Positions 56,775 through 64,000 of a stretch of 64,000 bases of DNA are shown here, piece after piece (the stretch's first letter is position 1; every line of letters begins with the position of its first letter). Source of the stretch: Octopus sinensis. Lineage: Eukaryota. The stretch lies in NCBI RefSeq assembly GCF_006345805.1, contig NC_043008.1:29140001-29204000 (forward strand). Reading direction: 5' to 3'. The notes under the pieces are model-generated. The model was given only the letters and a program-made list of their open reading frames with translations, did no database searches and was not told where the DNA came from. A program made the position numbers and the translations under genes.

Positions 56775-57490
56775 GACATACATATATAAACATACATATA
56801 TACACATATTATCCTACATACATGCATATATATATATATAGCGTGAGAGAGCGAGATATTGCGATTGATAAAGGAAAATAGAAAGCGGTGCGTATATTGG
56901 CTTGTGGGTGGTGTTACTGTGAGTATGTAATTTTGCATATATGTTTCTAGAAAATCGTACATAGGAACACACATTCACACACACACACATAATTACATGA
57001 ACACACATACATCAGCTTGTGTTTGTGAATTTGAAAGCTTGATCGCTTCAGTCTCCAAATTTGTATATTGCCGCATCATCGCATTTTCCATTTCCCGTCT
57101 TATCATTAACTTCAGCATTGCCTCATCCTCCTTTACTCAGAAACTTATACGCATTGGGACACTGAATTTTTTCATATTTGTTTCAACCCACAGATAAGAA
57201 TCTCACAAAATAGCTTACACACTTTCCTCTACATACATTGGTTAATCATTTTTCATAGATATATCCATCCATCAGTCAAAAAAAAAAATGAAATAAACGC
57301 CAATAAATTCACATACAAAAGCTCGCTAGCATTCCTTCAGATACATATGCATACAGTTTTAAGTAACACTATAGTTATATATGTGGCAATGAATTATGTG
57401 TGTGTGTTTGTGTATGTATATATATATATATATATATAGAATATATATATATATATATAATATATACATATATACATATGTATTATATAC

Positions 57491-57524
<34 letters not shown>

Positions 57525-57592
57525 ATATTATATATAAGATATATAAGTGTATATGCATACATGTATATATACATATTACATATATGCATATA

Positions 57593-57650
<58 letters not shown>

Positions 57651-58074
57651 GTATACATAACACACAAACACACACACATGTATCTACTATATGTGTGCGT
57701 GTGCCCTGCGTGTGTGTCTGTCTTTCCTGTGGTGGTAATGCGCGTAGCAATGATTTAACAAATTTTAAAATTCCATCCATCGATTATTTTTATATATAAA
57801 TGTATTTTTATAAATATATTTATCCTACATTATATCGGCACAGCCCGGTACAGCTGCATTATTGTGCTTTTACAAGTTTGCATTATTAGGAGCTTCTATA
57901 AACGTATACAAAAACTTTTCTCCTAAACGTACTTAAAGGAAATATTTCATGTTTGCACTAGTACTGACAACTCCTTAGCAACTGGTGCGTTTTTGTTTAT
58001 GTTCCCGTAGCTTAGCGGTTCATATGGATACCTTGCAGATGAGTATTAAATGCAATGTTCAATATTCCTTGTAC

Positions 58075-58225
58075 AGGTAACTAACCAGTACTTTCACAGC
58101 AGTTTGAATCAGGTATGTAACCATTACGGGGCCGTAAACACGCCAGCATCGGTTGTGAAGCGATTTTATGGGACAAAAGCAGACACACAAACATACACAC
58201 ACGCACACACACACACACGCACACA

Positions 58226-58296
<71 letters not shown>

Positions 58297-58461
58297 TACG
58301 ACGGGCTTCCTTCAGTTTCCGTCAACCAAATCCACTCATAAGGCTTTGGTAGGTCCGAGGCTATAGTAGAAGACACTTACCCAAGGTGTCACACAGTGGG
58401 ACTGAATCCAGAACCATGTGGTTCGCAAGCAAGCTACTTACCACACAGCCACTCCTACGCC
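58075..58461 (-). mobile_element. SINE family A
   Basis: Intact head GGCGTAGGAGTGGCTGTGTGGTAAGTAGC on the minus strand, with A- and B-box-like motifs. Confidence 0.88.
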
Positions 58462-59062
58462 ACATACATAAATTCACACACACATACATACATACATGCA
58501 TATATACATACATACATACATACATACATACATACATGCATACATACATACATACATACATACATACATACATACATACATACATACATACATACATACA
58601 TACATACATACATACATACATGCGTATATACATGTGAGTGCTTGTGTATCTGAGTAAGTGTTTGCGTGTGTGTCCTGAATATGTCTCAGAGGTTTGTTTC
58701 TCAGATCAAAGTAAACAAACGTTGATGAATTATAGATAGGCCTTTCAATTCGTACTATGTTTTAAAGCCATAACTATTTGGGATAGTTCATAGATTAACA
58801 CTTCAAATTGAAAGCAAACACACATATTTAAATAGACTAAAATGCATCGTGCATTTAGCATGCAAAACTCGCTCAGCTTATTCGAATATAACATGACTCA
58901 TAAAATAGATGTCTGAAATGTTTGAAACAAGTGAGAATAGGCAAGTCGAAATATTGTATTATTGTTTTAGTGTATATGTTTATATATGTTTAAGCTCGCA
59001 TCTTATTTCTGTGGATTTAGAAATACCATGTGGTAACATTCGAAAAGTTGTTCTAGTAAATC

Positions 59063-59116
<54 letters not shown>

Positions 59117-59370
59117 AGAGAGAGAGAGACAAAGAGAGAGAGGGAGAGTAAAATAATGATTCTGAGAGAATCAGGTACTTGAAAAGATATGAACCAAGTA
59201 GGGTTGAATAAACTCGTGGTTCCGGCCTATGACTTACGATGGGTAATGTATCAAATAGGATATTCCGGTTGTGTATTCAGAGAAACCCGTATTAGTATTT
59301 GCCGCCTAAGAACTGGTCCACAGCACAGGGTGTCCGACAAGTCGTCAATCCCCTTGGTGTATTATAATGA

Positions 59371-60642
59371 AATGAATAATAACAGACGATGGATAATTGT
59401 CAGTCCATTACGTCTGTTTCTTACACATCTTTTTAAATAGAAGAATGAGAACATTACTCCATTGCAAAAACCAGAATCATTATATGAAACCAATTTTACC
59501 AACAAAGTATAACTCAAGAATACAGCAGGGACTTGGCTGAAGTCTGTCGAGGCCAACTATGAAATAAGAGAAGTCTTCCTTTTATTAGGCCAATATTTCG
59601 CCAGAATTTGTAGTAGTCGGGGTGGTAAGAACATTTAGATTTCTCTTATTTAGACGTCCAATTGCTAATACAGTACAATCACCATCCGCACCCCCACTAC
59701 ATTACTATTACATGAGCTAGTTGCGGCAGAGTTTTCATATACTATTTCCTGTTTATATCCTGCGTTAGAATGAGCTGAATTCTAAAAATGAGAGTATATA
59801 TTGAAAATATCTTTTCGCCGAAGTTGCGTAATTCTACTTGAAATACACTTTGTAAAAGAATTAATAATGGAGGAAGTATGATTGGAGAATTTGCCACCAT
59901 GTTTAGTGATTTCATCTGGTTTTCTATAGGGATAGTATAATCGGGATATTAAGTTTAACGAGACGTCTAAGTTAACTATTTTAGTACCTGGTTCGAAGTC
60001 TAGGTTAATGTTACGGTAGAATTTCCTAATGTGTTTGCGTGTTCTTTCTAGTATAACTTTGATATTTGTGGATAAGACAAATAGAGCGTTATCCCTACAT
60101 AGACAACCACAAAGAACTAGGAAAGTGTTCGCAAAGCATTGTAGATTCCTACGATGTTGGTAACCTCGGCCGGGTCGCTCGACGATGGCTGTATCAAAAT
60201 TGTCCGGGACTCGCTTCTCGTGTACTACCTTGAAATTAAATTATAGGTCTTCTAGCTAACAGAATAATTTCAATCTTATCTTTAGTATTGGATGTGATGT
60301 TTCTTGCTTAAACTAGAGCATAATTTAGAAGTACGTGGTATATACTTGTATTGTATGCATTTATATCTAATTGAAGGAACCAGTACTTCGATTTTGAAAT
60401 GACGTAAACAAGGATAAGACTTTCTTAGTGTTAGACCATTCTCCCATGTCATACTTGATCTCGACAGACTTTAGCCACGTCCCTGCTGTAGCCTTGGGAT
60501 ATTCTTTTGTTTGTAAAATTTCGTATCGTCTGATGATTAGGGTTGTTTCGAATGGAGTAATGTTCTCATTCTTCTATTAAAAAGATGTGTAAGAAACAGT
60601 TGTAATGAGCTGACAATTACTCATAGTCTGTTATTATTCATT
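59371..60642. mobile_element. Non-coding element with ~200-bp terminal inverted repeats
   Basis: 59371-59572 is the diverged reverse complement of ~60440-60642 (e.g. AATAGAAGAATGAGAACATTACTCCATT). Confidence 0.8.
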
Positions 60643-60668
60643 AATGTGTGTGTGTGTGTGTACGTGTA

Positions 60669-60718
<50 letters not shown>

Positions 60719-61334
60719 GTAATACTTCAGCAAGCAAACACTCGATCAGCTAACTGTAAATATATTGTTATATCAAAAAAGCAACACAAATCTTGTTAAA
60801 TACTGCCACCCAGATTTCCTGGGCCGAAATAATTATTTTGCCATTTATCAAGCTGAGAATAAGACCGATTATCTGTTAAACAGAGGACGCCGGTGAAGAA
60901 GACAAAGAGAAAAATACAAAGGAGAAGACCGACTATAAATAATATTACCGTGAACAGGTGTTGAAAGTAACAATTCTAACTCATTATTAAACATGTGCTG
61001 AAGTCGTTTTTTGACTTCTTGATTACATTATATTTTGCTTTACTAAACCCACAGAAAGGCTTCTCGGAATGTGAGCCTGGATTTTCTATACATTACTTTC
61101 GATATTAGTCTGGTATCCTACTGAGTATATAGACTAAATTCGGGTTAAGTGCTGCTTTAGAAATACCCTATCTTTCTAGCCTCCCAGGACCATAGAGATG
61201 TTGGTGTGTTTATGTTCCCGTAACTTAGCGTTTCGGGTGATTACATATATATATATATATATACATGGCATTTACAAAAAACAAAAGACGAAAAAGGTGT
61301 ATAATGCATTCGTATATATACGCACACAAAGAAT

Positions 61335-61548
61335 ATAGGAAAATGTATATCAGGGGAAAATACGTGCGTATACGAGTCGCTTACATGCTAGAAGGAGATG
61401 CCAATATCTGGAAACTACCTAACCCATCACCATAAAAACATGTAATTTTTTTGTGATATTTTGGGTAGTTCTTAGACATTGGCGTCTCCTCCTAATATGT
61501 ATGCGAGTCTTAGACGTAGGTGTTTACCCCTCGTATATATTTTCATAC
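61335..61548. mobile_element. MITE-like fold-back element (~88-bp arms)
   Basis: 61335-61422 pairs imperfectly with 61461-61548. Confidence 0.7.
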
Positions 61549-61574
61549 ATAACTTTATAAATTGATTAATATAT

Positions 61575-61740
61575 ATACGGTTGACTTCCCTTTGTTTTCA
61601 TCGGCAAAATCCACTCACAATGCTTCAGTTCGTCCGCTGCTATACTGGAGACAGATGCCAAAGTTGCCACGGCGTGAGACCGAAGTAGCAACCATGTTGT
61701 TGGGAAGTATACTTCTTTATTCGCACCCAAGCCTGCGGCT
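61575..61740 (-). mobile_element. SINE family A, degenerate 5' half
   Basis: AAATCCACTCACAA..ACCATGT. Confidence 0.6.
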
Positions 61741-62213
61741 ATATATGTATTCAATAAGGACGAGTAATTCTTTATATACTTACAAGGACTATCCTGATTT
61801 GCATATATTTGACTGGCATCGTCGTTTGGCTTAATGTGTCAACAGTCAAATTCATCAGTAGATATTTTCTTTTTCTAGCCACACATCATGCCCCATAGGA
61901 AGATAATGTCTGGAAGTATTCACTAACCGTTGACAGTAATATAGTCGATGTCTTCAATCTTCGTCTTACGTAGTCTACATGTGTTTTCTGTCAACGTTTT
62001 CTGCCTCGAGTCTCTTGGGTATTTGGTGAGGGTATCTTCTCCTTGAATTGTATCGAGGTAGCATTCAAAGTTGGTTGCCATAAAATTCTCGGTACTCTCT
62101 GCCAAGCATTCGACATGTGCAATTCCTTCTATTGTTCATGTTTTCCATGCATATATGTATGTAAGTATGTCTGTATGTATGTATGTAAGTATGTATGTAT
62201 GTAAGTATGTATG

Positions 62214-62272
<59 letters not shown>

Positions 62273-63329
62273 CTATTTATGTATGTTTAAAATAGAATTC
62301 TAAATTGTTTCATTTCGTTAAGAAATAAATATTTATTGAAATCTTGCCGTTTATATGTTTCATTATCAATGTGGAAGAAACTGAGACTAATATGAAATCA
62401 TTCAGGGAATTTCAAGACGCCAGCTCTTTCTTCGTTTAATTTCAATTAACTTAACGGCGCCATTGACTTATTTCAGTTATTACACTTCATTTTGTTTTGT
62501 TTGATTTTATGCAAATTATTGTCAGCTAAATGTTCGCCTTTGCGTTTTTCTGTATATGTGAACAATTCATCAAGTGTATTCCTCGTGACTGCAATGGTCT
62601 GAGACATATTCATTCTGCTGTTGTCAATTTTCTCCCTAAGTAATTTTATATTTTCTGTTAGTTATGAAACTTTTATTTATTTATTTCCAATTATCATTCT
62701 ATCATCTTTGTGTGAATCACTAACGTGTACTGCCAGGCTGTTGCCTATACCTATCTAAGAAAATGAGCTCTTCAACGTTTCATTTCATTATTATTTTGTT
62801 TTAGTACTGATTTTTAAACACTAAATCCTTTTCGTGATAAATAATTGATATTTAAATAGTAATATTGAAATGCTCTCCCACATATTTAAATGGGATATAA
62901 AAGATAACATGTAAATATAATAAGAAATATAAGATAATCTATTTGCAAAAATATTAAAATAAATGTATTGAGTATACGACATATTTTTCTGTTTTATACA
63001 TTCGTATGTGTAATATATAATACACAAACAAATTTGAATGGAGAATCTTATGTCTTGTTACCATACGTGTCTTTCTCATGTATACTAAGACAAATTTAAT
63101 TGCTTTTCATAGAAGAAATGAGATGCAAACGTAGTAGAAAGATCAAAAGTGCATGTATTAATTTGGAGAGAAATTCTTCAACATGATTTCTGACATAATT
63201 ACTTCGAGGGATTTCCTTGAATATTGACGGTGAAATAAACATCAGATTTTACACAATGTTTCTCTCTTTATTTGCAGAATACTGTACACCATAGGGATTA
63301 AATGCGCATTGTTTAGCCTCTTCGAATGA

Positions 63330-63490
63330 GTTTGAGTTTCGATCAGATCTATCATACAGTGCATGCTGTGTATGAACTCAATCAGAGCTTTTCAGCAAAG
63401 GAAGTGGCAGAAAATATTTGTTCTGTCCATGGAAAGTAAACTTTAAACGTTAGGACATGCCGATGACGACTTCTCCAGTTTCACAATGAA
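63330..63490 (+). mobile_element. Mariner transposase N-terminal (HTH) fragment
   Basis: YELNQSFSAKEVAENICSVHGK*TLNVRTCR resembles the mariner YEFxxGxSAxEAxxNICxVYG motif. Confidence 0.65.
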
Positions 63491-63661
63491 TTATTGTCAT
63501 TGTCAATTGTCATTCTAATGTTTAAAATTGCAAATATGACGTAAATTTGCACTTGGAAATTTTGGCTTAACTAGCGTTGTAAGCAAATCTGAAACAGAAA
63601 CCGATCATTGAAGATGTACTAAGTTCTTCCTTTGTCTTCCTATTTGGATCACGAACTTAGC

Positions 63662-63735
<74 letters not shown>

Positions 63736-64000
63736 AAATGAAGAAAATGCTGACAAATAATTGAAGTAATTTAAGTAATTTAATTAGGTGAAAGTTCTTT
63801 TTACCGGTTGCGCATTTGTTATGCTTATCAAAATATAAAAGAGAGATTAGAGTCTGTCTCTTATATGTGAAAAAAAGAGGCTCCAGAGTTGTTTTGGATT
63901 TGCTTGGTTTCGCGCCTAAAATTTTGATTGGTCATTATGAAGGGGTCACGTGAATGTTTGAATGGAAGTTGGTGTTGGGGTAAGAAAAAAGGCTCCAGAG

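Noticed and set aside
58400-58461. tRNA gene
   Set aside because: The A/B-box-like motifs belong to a multi-copy SINE head; I see no complete cloverleaf.
63870-64000. Repeat of AAAAA(G)AGGCTCCAGAG about 110 bp apart
   Set aside because: Truncated by the window edge, so it cannot be classified.

Overview
AT-rich, microsatellite-dense eukaryotic DNA made up almost entirely of decayed transposable elements. I found no intact host gene, tRNA, rRNA or CRISPR array. The two tRNA-derived SINE families resemble repeats I recall from octopus/coleoid genomes; this is recognition, not a search result. Retroelements: about seven R4/Dong-like non-LTR remnants often abutting (TAA)n arrays, two L1/Tx1-like fragments, one near full-length RTE-like LINE, Penelope-like fragments, and short repeats with hammerhead ribozyme cores. 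DNA elements: three mariner remnants (one split by a Tx1 insertion with a 13-bp TSD), a FLYWCH/MULE remnant, a head-to-tail pair of non-autonomous Helitrons, and several TIR elements. The most interesting signals are an almost canonical hammerhead core in a ~290-nt microsatellite-flanked repeat, loss of the RT catalytic core in five LINE copies from three clades, and the exact CTAG|TC Helitron dimer junction. Nearly all short ORFs in the track are microsatellite or antisense artefacts. All alignments were done by eye, so element boundaries are approximate unless stated.
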